Assembly (NCBI GenBank): GCA_000165425.1
Contig: CT868163.1
Coordinates: 186,001 to 250,000, forward strand
Length of the DNA stretch: 64,000 bases
Reading direction: 5' to 3'
Origin: Paramecium tetraurelia
Taxonomy: Eukaryota
The notes under the pieces were generated by a model. That model saw only the letters and a program-made list of their open reading frames with translations. It was not told where the DNA came from and did no database searches. The position numbers and the translations under genes were made by a program. Positions 1-13,860 of the stretch are shown here, piece after piece (position 1 is the first letter of the stretch; each line of letters begins with the position of its first letter).

Positions 1-220
1 ATAAAGGAATAACTCCTAAGATGCTGTCGCTAGTGAATCCATCTTAAATCAAGATTTATTGATGACTAAAGGCAAAGAAGAATTACAAGAATTATTACAA
101 CTCTATAAAGACTAGCTTAAAGAAAGTAGTAAATAGTATAATCCTTGGTTAAATATGTCTGAGATTAAAGAAATAACTGAATATGATTCAACTACCAATC
201 TCAATCAATAATAATCATGA
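1..220 (+). CDS. 3' end of a hypothetical protein (partial)
   Basis: Open in code 6 from base 2 (QRNNSQDAVASESILNQDLLMTKGKEELQELL...) to TGA at 218-220. Confidence 0.6.
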
Positions 221-624
221 AATTTATATAATAAAACAACATCAACCATTATTATGAATTATTATAAAATGTTCTCGTATAGATATATGAATTAAATGAA
301 ACAAATTATTAGTTAAGATAGCTATTTCTATTTTTTATATGAATAGTTTAGATCATTTATGAATACTCATTTAATCGATTTATAAAGTAACAGCAAAACT
401 AAAATGATATCAGTTGAGATGATATTAAATATTCTATTTAGCTTCTATAGAATTTTAGCGATTTATTATTATATATTTTAAGATCTTATTATATATATAA
501 TAAATGCTTAATTATAAAATGAAGGATGATGAATAGTTTTATTTATTAATTCGTCTTTAACATAATTGGAATTGATTAAAATTAATAACTAAAGAAGTCA
601 TATAAAAAAGAGTTCAATAGTCAA

Positions 625-859
625 TCAATCATGATGATGATGATTATTCTGTTAGTGTTATATAATGCCCTTTTGCATGACTGGTTATCTTTGTGGAGAG
701 AATAGTGATAGTAATGCATATGTAGTAAATAGTAGAAACATTACGAATGCTAGCCCTTATGTTGGTGACGTGTTGGATGATGTAGTGTTATGATTTGCTA
801 TTGGAATAATCTAAAAATAAAATACCAATGCTGCCATTTTCATTTAACTATCCATTCAT
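625..859 (-). CDS. Small hypothetical single-TM protein with His-rich C-terminus
   Basis: Code-6 reading MNGQLNENGSI/ANHNTTSSNTSPTQGLAFVMFLLFTTYALLSLFSPQ...NNHHHHD* using one 28-nt GT-AG intron; start uncertain. Confidence 0.4.
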
Positions 860-1026
860 ATTGGCTATTGATAGAAATATTCGATTTGCATGATTAATAA
901 TTGATTCGCATAAATCGTTGTTCATTTCAAAAATAATAATTAATAAAATTCCAGAAATCGAAATAATTTTTATAGTATAAAATGCGTAATTAAATTTATT
1001 AAATTATATCGTTTTTAACTTAAATA

Positions 1027-1554
1027 TCAAGCATTTGTAATAATATTGTTTAATATCAAATACACACTCAATATAAGTAACATCACAGAGAAACATAATT
1101 TTTTCTAGAAATCGATTTAATCTTTTTTTTCTAAAATGGGTTGATTTATTAATCTAGTCTATTGAGGAGATTATTAATCTGACTTCTCATCTTGAATGAC
1201 AACAACCTAATCTTTCTTCAAGTGTTTATGTAGGATTTGGGTGAGTTTAGCTGAATAGTTGCCATCTATTATTAATGATATTCATATACCTGTTTCTATT
1301 TATTATGCTGCTTGTATTAGTGTTTGCAATTTTACGAATATACTCTCGTCGTCCTCTTTAGATAAGCATATAAACTTTAGGTCTTTGTCGTTTATGGCAT
1401 ATAAATAAATGTCATCTTTCAGAATTTTTTGATTTTCTTACCCGTTCTTAACATCAGGAATTCTTTTCTTAATGATATTACTATAGTCCTCTTCGGAATC
1501 AGAGAATTCTGCTAAAATGAGTGATCCTCTTACAATTATTGTATGTAATATCAT
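1027..1554 (-). CDS. Longin-domain (VAMP7-like N-terminus) tail-anchored protein with no evident SNARE motif
   Basis: MILHTIIVRGSLILAEFS resembles the longin beta1-beta2 start; one 24-nt intron; C-terminal hydrophobic LCFSVMLLILSVYLIL; 167 aa. Confidence 0.65.
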
Positions 1555-1573
1555 TAATTTAATAAAATCTTAA

Positions 1574-3730
1574 ATGGAAGAGAAAGTGTATATATCAGAA
1601 GAAGGAATGAGACAATTATTGTAGGAATTTGATGCCAAAGACCCATTAAAAAATGTCTTATGGTCTACTAATTATAAAATGGAGTTGCCTATAAGAGTTA
1701 AAAAATCGGGTCCAGGAAGTGAAATACCAATTACTCTTCCAGAATAATTTAAAAATGACTGCACTTAATTTGCAAAGAAGCCAGCCTTGAGTGTTAAGAG
1801 AAATAATAAATGGTAAAGAAAGCGTAGAACTAAATAGGATTACTAGAACATATGAAGAATATTATAATGAATCAATGCAATTTGCAAAGGCCTTTAATTG
1901 CTTATGGAATAACAGAAATGAGTGCAGTAAACATAATAGGTTTTAATGCTCCTGAGTGGCACATATCTTTTATGGGAAGCATTCATGCTCACAATTTACC
2001 TGTTGGAATTTATACTACGTAAGAGATAAAATTAATACGTAATTTAGAAATAATCCAGATGCATGTTTTTATGTCTCAGATCATTCTGAATGTGAATTAG
2101 TAGTAGCAGATACTAAAGAATAATTACGCAAGTATTTGAAAATTTGGGATAAATTGCCTCGTCTAAAAGGAGTTGTATTATATAATGATGATATTCCAAC
2201 ATCTGAGATCCCTGAATAAAGAAGATCATAAGTATTCAAATGGAAAGATTTTATTGAAATGGGCAAAAAGGCTGATTTAATGGGTTCAGTTTTAGAAAGA
2301 GTATCAAAATTACGACCTGGAAATTGTGTGACATTAATTTATACTTCAGGAACAACAGGAAATCCAAAGGGAGTTATGTTATCACATGACAATTATGTGT
2401 TTACAATTACTTAATAAAAGAGAAAGTATGTAATGTAAGGAACTGGAGAAATGAGATTGGTAAGTTATTTGCCTTTAAGTCATGTCGTTGCATAATTGAT
2501 AGACATTATTGGTTTTGCTAGATGGGGAGCACATTTATACTTTGCAAATCCAGATGCTCTATAAGGTTCACTTATTAATACTCTTAAGGAGGTTAGACCT
2601 ACTCTATTCTTTAGTGTACCAAGAGTATGGGAAAAGATTTATGATCAAATGCAATAAATAGCAAAATCAAATGGGGCTATTAAAACTAAAATAGCTAATT
2701 GGGCCAAGTCAATTGGTAAAGAAGGAACCTTTGCATAAACTCATGGTCTGAAACCTCCTCTTTGTTTTGGATTGGCAGATAAATTGGTGTACGCAAATGT
2801 TAAAAAGGCCTTGGGATTAGATCAAGCTCAATATATGATATTCGGTGCAGCTCCATTATCCCCTATTATTAGAGAGTATTTCTTAACCTTGAATATGTAC
2901 TTGATCAATGGGTATGGTATGAGTGAATGTGGAGGAGTGTAAAATATGGCAGATCCTTTTCACTTTGATAAATTTGATGATTTATTCATTAATAGTACTG
3001 GTAAGCCAATGGAAGGAACTGAATTAAGAATAGATAACCCAGATAAAGACGGAAATGGAGAAATCTGTTATAGAGGTAGACATATCTTTATGGGTTACTT
3101 TAAGGATGAAGATTCAACTAGGAATACAATTGATAGTAATAGATGGTTACATTCAGGAGATGTTGGCAAAATTGATAAGAATGGTAACTTGATGATAACA
3201 GGAAGAATTAAGGAGTTGATCATTACAGCAGGAGGTGAAAATGTAGCTCCAGTTTTAATTGAGGATGAAGTCAAGAAGAACATTAAGATAGTTTCAAATT
3301 GTATGGTTATTGGAGATAAGAGAAAATATTTATCCATTTTATTAACATTAAAGCATTAATTAGCACCTGATGGATAGTAACTATAACATATTAATTTTAT
3401 CTAGGCCAACTGAGAAATTGAATGAGGATGTCATTGCTGTATTCAAGAGTCTTGGTTCCTCAGCAACTACTATTGAATAAGCCAAAAATGATAAAGCTAT
3501 TACTAACTATCTCCAGTAATTGATTGATGAAACCAATACTAAGTAATGAATTAAACAATAATTTAAGAGTCATCTCTAAAGCTCAGTACATTAGAAAATG
3601 GTCTTTGATTCCAGGAGACTTTAGTGTTGATGGAGGAGAACTGACACCAACGTTGAAATTGAAAAGAAGAGTAGTTGAATAGAAATGGCTTAGTGAAATT
3701 GAGAAAATGTACTAAGATGCCAAATTGTGA
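1574..3730 (+). CDS. Long-chain fatty acyl-CoA synthetase, bubblegum (ACSBG) type, with PTS1; one apparent +1 frameshift at about 1893
   Basis: [76 protein letters not shown]; four tiny introns; ends AKL*. Confidence 0.9.
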
Positions 3731-3759
3731 AAATATTAATAAAATATAAATAAAAGTTA

Positions 3760-5312
<1,553 letters not shown>

Positions 5313-5340
5313 TTATATAATTATATTTATTATAAAATAT

Positions 5341-6218
5341 ATGGAAAATAACTAAGAACCAGAACCTCCAAGTCATTTCTAAATTTGGTAGTCTACTTTC
5401 TCTATTTATATAGGCTAACATTTATTGAAATGGTAGCTGTGTTAGTTTGCCTTGCTAGTAACATGGTCAAATTACATAGTATGAAAAATAAAAATCTGAA
5501 GTTTTGGTTTCTGGTGAGTGTGAGTGCATCAAGTGCCTTCAGGGGTATGAGTCTCCTTCTAATAATGGAATAGCCATAAGGCATATGGTTAGACTTTCTA
5601 TACACAGCACCAATCCTATTTTGGATCCAATCTTACATCATATTCATAGGACATCTAGCCATTTGCATGAGTGTTCTTGCTAACAAGGATACTAATATCA
5701 TCCAGTACTCCATATACTATAGCCCTGTGTGTTTAGGTAAGTTGTTTATAGACACTTAGTCTTATCTTATGTTTACTTTTTACTCAAGGATGGATTCTTG
5801 GAAAGAGTATTAATTCTTTAATTTTTACTATATGCCGCACTTATTATTGGATGTTTATACTTTAGCAATAAGTTATTTTCTGATGTACTAAAACCTAACT
5901 ATAGCAGCTAGAAGATGATGATTGGATCGTACCTTTCCTTACACAAGTCAACAAACTGATCTAAACTATATCAATAAGTTTGGCACTCAGATTGCTTATA
6001 TTCTTTCTAATCTTTGCCAATTATATTTAATTGAACATAGATTTGATTCTAATAGTATTTTACTTATTTCATTACAAATTTAGGAAGTGTTTATGGGTGA
6101 ATTGGTTCCATATTATGCCTTGACATTTTTCAAAATACCTCCTCCAAGACATGACAATGATTCCAGAGCAGGAACTCAGATGGAATTACAAAATTTAGAA
6201 GGACCACTATTGAAATGA
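5341..6218 (+). CDS. Multi-pass membrane protein, possibly THH1/TOM1 (DUF1084)/GPR137-like
   Basis: About seven hydrophobic segments in code 6; last helix EVFMGELVPYYALTFF resembles the E-x-x-P motif of that family; tiny introns. Confidence 0.55.
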
Positions 6219-6604
6219 CAAACAATATAATTTATAAGTATTATTACAATGTTCATAATTTGTAACCTTCTCCTCTAAGTGCTAATATTGAAACTTTTTA
6301 TAATTATGACTACTCAGCAATTCTGATGGGTTGCAATTAATGTAACATCAACAAAAAATTCTTTATTAATCTTTCATAATCAAATTATATTTATCTGTGT
6401 AAATAATAAAGTTAACACAGTTTGACACATTATATTCTTTAATTAAGTTGCTGAGTTACATTATGATCTCAAAATTGTTTGCATGAGATTAAAAATAATC
6501 ATTAATTATACCTTATTTGACGAATCTTAATCTTATTTAAAAATGAAATAAATTAAATTTGAGATTAATTTAAATTAACGATATAATATATTATTTGAAA
6601 TCAA

Positions 6605-7285
6605 ATGTAAACTACAACTACTTAAAAAAATTCAAAAAATCAATTAATCAATTAATCAGGTGGATAAATGAAACCTTTAAAGTAAACAATGATTTTCTAA
6701 CTATTAGTTATCAATTACATAATTAGAATCACTAGGCACAGGAAGTACATTTTGTTAAATATTTAAATATTTATATCCGAATTCGATTTCAGCGAATAAG
6801 ATCATTTGAAAGCTAACGAAGAAAATGATTACATTAAAAACTTCAAAACCTTATCTGATGCTTTTTCAAAGCTTAGAATTTAAAAATAATTAGATGTATT
6901 CTATCTTGATTATTTAGATCTAATCGCTTTCAAAATCAAAGTATAAAAATATTTTGGACATAACATAATACTTGAAATCAAAATTCGACAAGTAAGACGA
7001 AAAGAGATAAAATTATGATCCTCTTGAATTTAGAAAAGTAGAAGATAGAAAGGTTTTCGCTCCTACGAATAGAAAGACCCTCTCAATTCTTAAAGATAAA
7101 ACCAATAATAAAATACCACAACCTCTTCTCATTCCTTACTAGTTAAAAGACCTCTTACAAGTAGCTCCTCTTGGAAAAATACAAAAACATAATTGACACA
7201 GTCACCTGAATTAAGTTCAATTACAGATATTATTAATAATGCAGAAGATGATGAAGCTTAAAAGATAAAATCACTATTCATCTGA
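6605..7285 (+). pseudogene. EB1/MAPRE-like calponin-homology gene, frameshifted
   Basis: Pieces LIRWINETF..LESLGTGSTFCQIF..DYIKNFKTLSDAF..YDPLEFRK match the EB1 CH domain but lie in different frames: 8-nt duplication caattaat at about 6641-6656, shift with TGA at about 6806, another shift near 7190. Confidence 0.75.
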
Positions 7286-7414
7286 ATTAATATTATGTAA
7301 AAGATAGTTTAATATTAATTTATATTATTAAATTGAAAATGTAATTTAGATATTAATTGTATTATTTATTTTAAAAAGATTAAACAATAAAAAAGAAGTA
7401 TAGTTAATAATTAA

Positions 7415-8307
7415 TCACTGGGATGCAAGCTCATAGAGTATTTACGGGTATATTCTTGACTTTTTATGTCGGCTTGTTTAATAACACTAACATATAGCAA
7501 ATCCTAAGTTAAAAAGGTAGAGAATATCAACAATAAGATAGTCTATATATGCTCTATTGACATAATATATGTATTCTTATTCAAAGTAGGTAAAACATCC
7601 ATCTTTTCTTATATTAATAAAATATATACGGTATTCCATTGTTGATGTTTGAGAATAAGTAAACAGGATGCTATTTACACCATCCGGAACAACTGTATTT
7701 TTCTTCTAAATTTGCAATTTGTTTGTAAGACAAGCCATCTACTTTGATTGATTTGTTGCAATCAGGATATTTGATGATGTCACTAATTTCTTTATTGGTA
7801 GTATAAGAAATTCGATTATTTTCTAGATAATCTGGATCCCAATCCTAAATTTTGTCGATGTAGCAAAGACAATTTTATTTACAAAACTGTGTTTCAGCCC
7901 ATAAAATTTATTCCTTAGTTTTTTGAGCAGAAGGCAAAGAGGAAGAGATGCAATCATCAAAATTCTTACTAACTAATTAATCTTGTAAGATTGTTAAACT
8001 TATTGTAACATAGATTGTCAACACTCCAATTAAGATTATAAAACAGGAATAGACAAATATTATGCAAAAGTTTGGACAATATGAACTTAATAATCCTGAT
8101 GCACCAACTATAATAATAGCTAAACCTACTGAAAATGTAAAAATGATTCCCTAATAAGTTATTAAATATAGATCTTACATCTTTGCCATTATTGATGTCT
8201 TCATTTAGTGTTATGAATACTTGGGTAATAAGTACAATTCCAAATATGATGAAACAAAAACAATTGATTCGAATGAATAATTGTATGAATTTCAGTGGCA
8301 AGCACAT
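7415..8307 (-). CDS. Tetraspanin-family protein (ciliate type)
   Basis: Three N-terminal TM helices, Cys-rich large loop (FCKQNCLC...LEEKYSCSGWC...YLFSNINNGIP), fourth TM; tiny introns. Confidence 0.8.
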
Positions 8308-8407
8308 AAATGATAAATATATATGTAATTATAAATATTATACATATTTATTTTATAGGAAATAAAAAATATCCATAATCCATATAATTGCAAAATATTT
8401 ATTTAAA

Positions 8408-9573
8408 TCATTGTTTGTGTTTCTTAGCGTGATTCTCTACTAAATCGTAAGCTTATTGGACAGTTTTAATTTCAGAAATTCTAATTGGGTTTATAGTGTA
8501 ATTCTTACCTTTTGCCCTTTCTGACAGCATAAGCAGCATCATATTATTCTTTGTATTCTCTGGTTTAAATGAGTAATTATTCAGTGAGACTAAGATCTCT
8601 ATTGATGATAGTTAATCTTTTTTCCAAGAGCACCTTTAATATTGATTAGAATAATACCTTATCATTAGTTCTTTTTTTGATCAATTAGGAAGTGATTTCG
8701 AAATCTTTAGAAAATCTTTCTCTCAATTCAGCAATTTCTTATATAGTAGTTTAGAAAGTAATCTTAATTTAAATAGACTTATTACTTGGCTTTGAGTTTC
8801 TTATTCATCTTCTTATTACATTAAAGAGATGACAGCATTTCTAATATGTTCCAATTTATCAATAATTCTTTTAACAGTTGATACATCAAATTTAGTTGTC
8901 AATGCAACCATAATAGCAACTGGATGATTATGTCCTAATTCTCTTTTGATCTTTTCAACAATTTCAAATTATTCAGTTTGCAATAATGATTTTCCTTTCT
9001 TAATCAAAAACAGCAACTTATAATTTAGGAATAATTTCATTCCAAGGCAGCCAATACCTTACTATTATTCTCTTATCTGGCCTAATATGATGCAGCTTCT
9101 TAAGCTCTAGTTTATCTTAGTTATTCTTCTTTGCCATTAAGAATATTTAATTATTCAGTGAGTGGCATCCAATTATTATTGTAAACCAACAAGAATTTGA
9201 TTTAATTCACTTAATTAATTATTTTTGTCTTGTCTCTCCTTTGTAAGATTTCTTAATACAATAATCAACCATTCAATGTCTAATCCGAGAGTTGTTGTTC
9301 TCTAATGTTATTAATTTCTCTAAAATTTACATGGGCATATTCAAGATCATCATTAAGTTGATCTCTCTTCATTTACTCTAATAAATCTCCAACTAATGAA
9401 ACCACTTCAGAAACCTTTCCTCCTTAACTGAGTTCCAAATCGAGTAAGAATGTAAACTCTGTATGCTCTGTTTTTATTGCTTTAATTTCTTTAAGCAAAA
9501 TTGGGACTCCTGATTCCAATTCTACTGCAGTGATTCCAAAAATCATCAATCCTAATATGAGGACAGCTTTCAT
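8408..9573 (-). CDS. Trichocyst matrix protein-like secretory precursor
   Basis: Signal peptide MKAVLILGLMIFGITA; LELSQGGKVSEVVSLVGDLLEQMKRDQLNDD resembles the TMP/GRL mature-peptide start; heptad coiled coils. Confidence 0.75.
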
Positions 9574-9589
9574 TATTTTATTAATAATC

Positions 9590-9601
9590 AATAAAAACGG
9601 A
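9590..9601 (-). promoter_or_regulatory. Candidate upstream motif TCCGTTTTTATT
   Basis: 16 nt upstream of the TMP-like ATG; identical 12-mer at 53171-53182. Confidence 0.4.
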
Positions 9602-9634
9602 ATTTAATCATATAAATAATAAGAAAACAAATTG

Positions 9635-10167
9635 TCATTTAACTTCTCCCAGCACTTTTTCACATAATGGACATTGGTGGACTTATCGTTTACAACAATT
9701 CATACAGAAAGGAATTAAACAACAACTATTAATGAAAACAATCATTCAAATAATACCCACAAAATAATCCAAAAGCACACATCGTTAAACATATACTAAA
9801 TGAAAGACACCCAGGAACGTAATTTAACTTTGTTTAAATCATGCCGCCACACTCAGGACATCTCACACTCAAAGAATAAGGAGGAAGATTCTCTTTATCA
9901 AGTTCTCCTAATCAATACACTTTTAACCTTACCAAAGTTCTTTTATTACAATGAACTTGGATACTAAGTGTTTGGAATTGCAGGAACATATTATGGAATA
10001 TTGCTTTATTGAGCCCAATTTACTTAATTATTCTATAAATAATTAGCTTGTATTGGTTATCCAATCTATATTGCTTAAACATTTTCATCAGGGGGAGGAT
10101 AACTTGGTAGTTTACATTCTTACTTATAATTGCTAGCACGCTTATCAAGATCAGGATATTAAATCAT
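9635..10167 (-). CDS. LITAF-domain zinc-ribbon membrane protein
   Basis: Pro/Tyr-rich N-terminus (PSYPPP), VRCPECG, hydrophobic stretch, CCLIPFCMNCCKRQVHQCPLCEKVLG*. Confidence 0.85.
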
Positions 10168-10565
10168 AAAATATATTTAAATTTATCTAATAAACAAGTT
10201 TTATTATTGTTTAGTTTTAACAATTTATAATTATTCTTATTATTTATGTTTATTAAAGACTTATCACACTAATGCGAGCATCAAATAATATATTAATGAA
10301 ATAAATTCGTATAATTGTGCTTAAGAAGAATTTTAAATTGGAGTCATAAGATTGACATATCAACTTAATATTATAGAATTTTATACGTATAATAATATTT
10401 TTATATTACTAATTAGAGATTGGCGTATTTTCATTTGCAATACTATTATATAGATTATTTATCAAGAATTCATTATCAATTTATTAAGACCAATGATCTG
10501 GGATTATATACTTATTTAAATCTAAATATACCAGTGTAATTTGAATTGATATTATATTTAATTAC

Positions 10566-13550
10566 TCATCTTCTATATGGTGCCAAACTACTTCTTCTAA
10601 CCTCTTCAACTTCTTTTTCTTTCTCTTAAACCCTTGCTCTAAGACTTTCAATCTCTGCTGATTACATCTAAATTTAGATTTATAGAAATACCACAAAGTG
10701 GAATAAAAGATCTTAAATTTTTCTGGTTTATGCTCCACCATCTGCATATTAGAGTCTCCATTGTTTAAGTTCAGCTTCATTGGCATCTATTATTCCTTAT
10801 AATCTATCGATTTCATTAGACAAAACTCTAATCTAAAATGATATTATAATTTTAAATACATTTTCTTCATATTATTTTAACTAAATGATTTATTATTCTA
10901 ATTAATAGCATTTCTTCTTCAATTAATCAATCTCATCTTATCTGTTCATTAATAATTAATTTAATCTTTCGATTTCTGTTGATAACATAGCACATCTATT
11001 CTCTAATTCAATATATTTAGTTTTATATAACTCTAAAGAATTATACTTTTGTTTTAACTCATCATATTATCTTTAAAGTAAATTATACTAAGATTCTAAT
11101 CTCTCTTTCTCCTTTCTTAATTCATCTGATTCAGAAAATGCTTTTCTTAATTGTTAATTAACTCTTTCTAATTCTTGATTGCTAATTTAGATCTTGTTCT
11201 CATATCTTTAAATTTGAGTTCTATAATCATCAATTTCTCCATTTCTCAATCTTAATTGTTCATTCAATCTTTAATTCTCAGTTGTCAAACTCATAATCTT
11301 CTATTCTAGAATTTAACAATTATCTTAATATATCTTCAAACTTGCTATCTAGTTTTCCAATCCTTGTCTTTTACCCTTTTCTTCATCTTATAATTTTTGT
11401 AATAGATTATTTCTATCCAATGCTTTATATAATTAATCATCCTTAATCTTCAATTAACTTTGATAATGAGATATTTGATTAGTCAATTATTCATTTTCAT
11501 CAAAAATCTCAGCCTAAACTTATGTCAATCTATCAATTTCAGAACAATGCAATATAATTCTTATTAATGACTACTTCCACTTATCCTCAACTATTCTATT
11601 AGTCTAACTCAATTCAGAGTAAGCCTATTCTAATTTTCTATACTTAGACATCCACTCTTCGGCTTCTGTTGATTTCAATCCCATACTCTATTTAAGTTTT
11701 TAGATATCATTCATCATCTACCTCCTTTATTCATCAAACTCTTATGATTTCTATGAAAATAGCATCTTCTATCTTTCCAGTTCTTATGAAATCATGGCTA
11801 TAGTATTTTCATATTCAACCAATTTCTTATTCTTCATTAATGATTCTTATAAATCATATTCTAAATTAGTATATTTTCTCTTCCATTCTTCAATCTATTT
11901 TTATAAAGATTAATTAATTTATTCTTGATTATTAATTTCTTTTTATAATTAATTTTAATTTAATTATAAATTTTATAGCTCTAGTTATTTCTATCTCAAT
12001 TATTCTTACATTCTATCTATTTCTTAGGTCAAACAACTTAATTTATTTTTGATATCATTGTATTAAATAGATTTATTTTTGGATTCTTATTCATAATGCT
12101 AACATTTTTGTTTCCACTCTTCTAATTCGTGAATCTTCTGCCTTAAAATATTATTAAGTCTTTCTATTTCAGATGTTAACAACTCAATTCTACTAATTAG
12201 ATCTTGATTTCCTTGTTCTAAATTATGATTTGATTATTGCAATTAATAGTTTTTCATCTTTTAATCTTCGAGGTTATTACTCAATTGTTAAAACATATCA
12301 ATTTGATCTTTTAATTACAATTATAATTAATCTAATTTATTTAATTTCTATTTCATTTCTTTGCATTGATTGTCTGAATCAAAATACTTCTATCTCCATT
12401 CTTCTCCTTACTTTATCTTTTCTCTCAATACTTAGTTCAATCTATCTATTTCACCTTATAACAGACTTATTTTGTTTTACATTTAATCTATGATTTAATC
12501 TTAATCCTTATATTTAATTAATTCATTTTAAGTCATTACATATGCTTAATTGAGTTAATCATAATCTTTTTACTTTTTATCAAATTAATTTTACAATTAT
12601 CTTAATTCAGATTTCCACTTTTCAGCTTCTTAAGCCATATTATTATAACGTGCTTTGTTCATTTCCAATTCTTCCAACTTTTATTTCAATAAATTGTTTA
12701 ATCTCTCAGTTTCACAAACTAACATACCAATTTTATTCTCTAATTACACTATTTTTTCCTCCTGTTGCTTGTATTATTAAAATTCAGCCTCATATTAATT
12801 CAATTCTACTTAATAATACTCTACTGCCTATTATTTACTCAACAATTATTCTCTAAGTTTAGATAATTCATTTTCCTAGAGATATTTAATCACTCATATT
12901 ACATTCATCTATTTCTAAGTGAATAATTGATTCTTTAGTTCCTCTATTTCTTTTTATTATTTTGAATTTCCAACTAATAGTTATTGTTTCAATTATTCAT
13001 TTTCATTTCTATATTTTTCCTCATTATTAAAATATCTGATTTTCCAATTCTCAATTTCCTCTGTATACTAAGAAGTAGTAATCTCGACCTCTTATCTTAA
13101 ATCATTAAACATTGATTTACCTGTACATACTCTCCTAATATTGCATCTACATAAGTCTGGCTTGCAAATCTTCTATTTGTTTTTCATAACTATTTCTATC
13201 AAGCAATTTGTCATCCATCTCCTTTATCCTGTATTTGAGTTTATCATTTTCAGCCACAAATCTTTCAACCTCACAAGCCATTAAGAAACAAACGATATCA
13301 AGGTTTTTTCCTAATTATTACCTGGCTGGAGGAGGGTTATTAATTTAAGAGGAATAGATATTATTTCCTGACCTAATTTTGATAAACACATTAATTACAT
13401 TGATCTTTTCATTTGAGAGGCTCCTAAATTTTGTGTCACTGAAGTGCACTATCTGATTGTACTTGTTATCACCTTTGATGAAGATTGTGATGTAAAGTAT
13501 TCTTTATTTTAAGTGACTGGTTCTAATGGAGATCGACTATATGTATTCAT
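10566..13550 (-). CDS. Large coiled-coil protein with recurring L..E[IT][ED]RL motif
   Basis: About 950 codons open in code 6 with tiny introns; motifs LMACEVERF, MLVCETERLNNLL, LLTSEIERLNNIL, LHCSEIDRL, VLSNEIDRL; ends SSLAPYRR*. Confidence 0.8.
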
Positions 13551-13860
13551 TTTAAATTCAAATAATTATTAATAAAGATCGTTAATTTATACAAAACCAT
13601 AAAAACTTATCATCTTATTATATTCTAACTCATTATTCCTAATGCAATAGTGGTTTTTCTCTCATCATCCTAATATATCTAATATCATAATATTTGCAAA
13701 TATATTTTCAAGTAGATTTGTTTACTGAATAATGTAATCCTCATTCTACCATAATTATTATATTTTATAATTTTCATAACTACATGGTAAACTATTGTAT
13801 CAAATTAGGGATAAATTATCAACTTTCTTTTAATATATTTAATTGGTTGTTATAAATTAA

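Noticed and set aside
10200..10560. Possible small plus-strand gene with an intron-like element
   Set aside because: No clear start and no recognisable motif; cannot be supported.
12230..12856. Hydrophobic plus-strand ORFs resembling membrane proteins
   Set aside because: Antisense shadows of the minus-strand coiled-coil gene.
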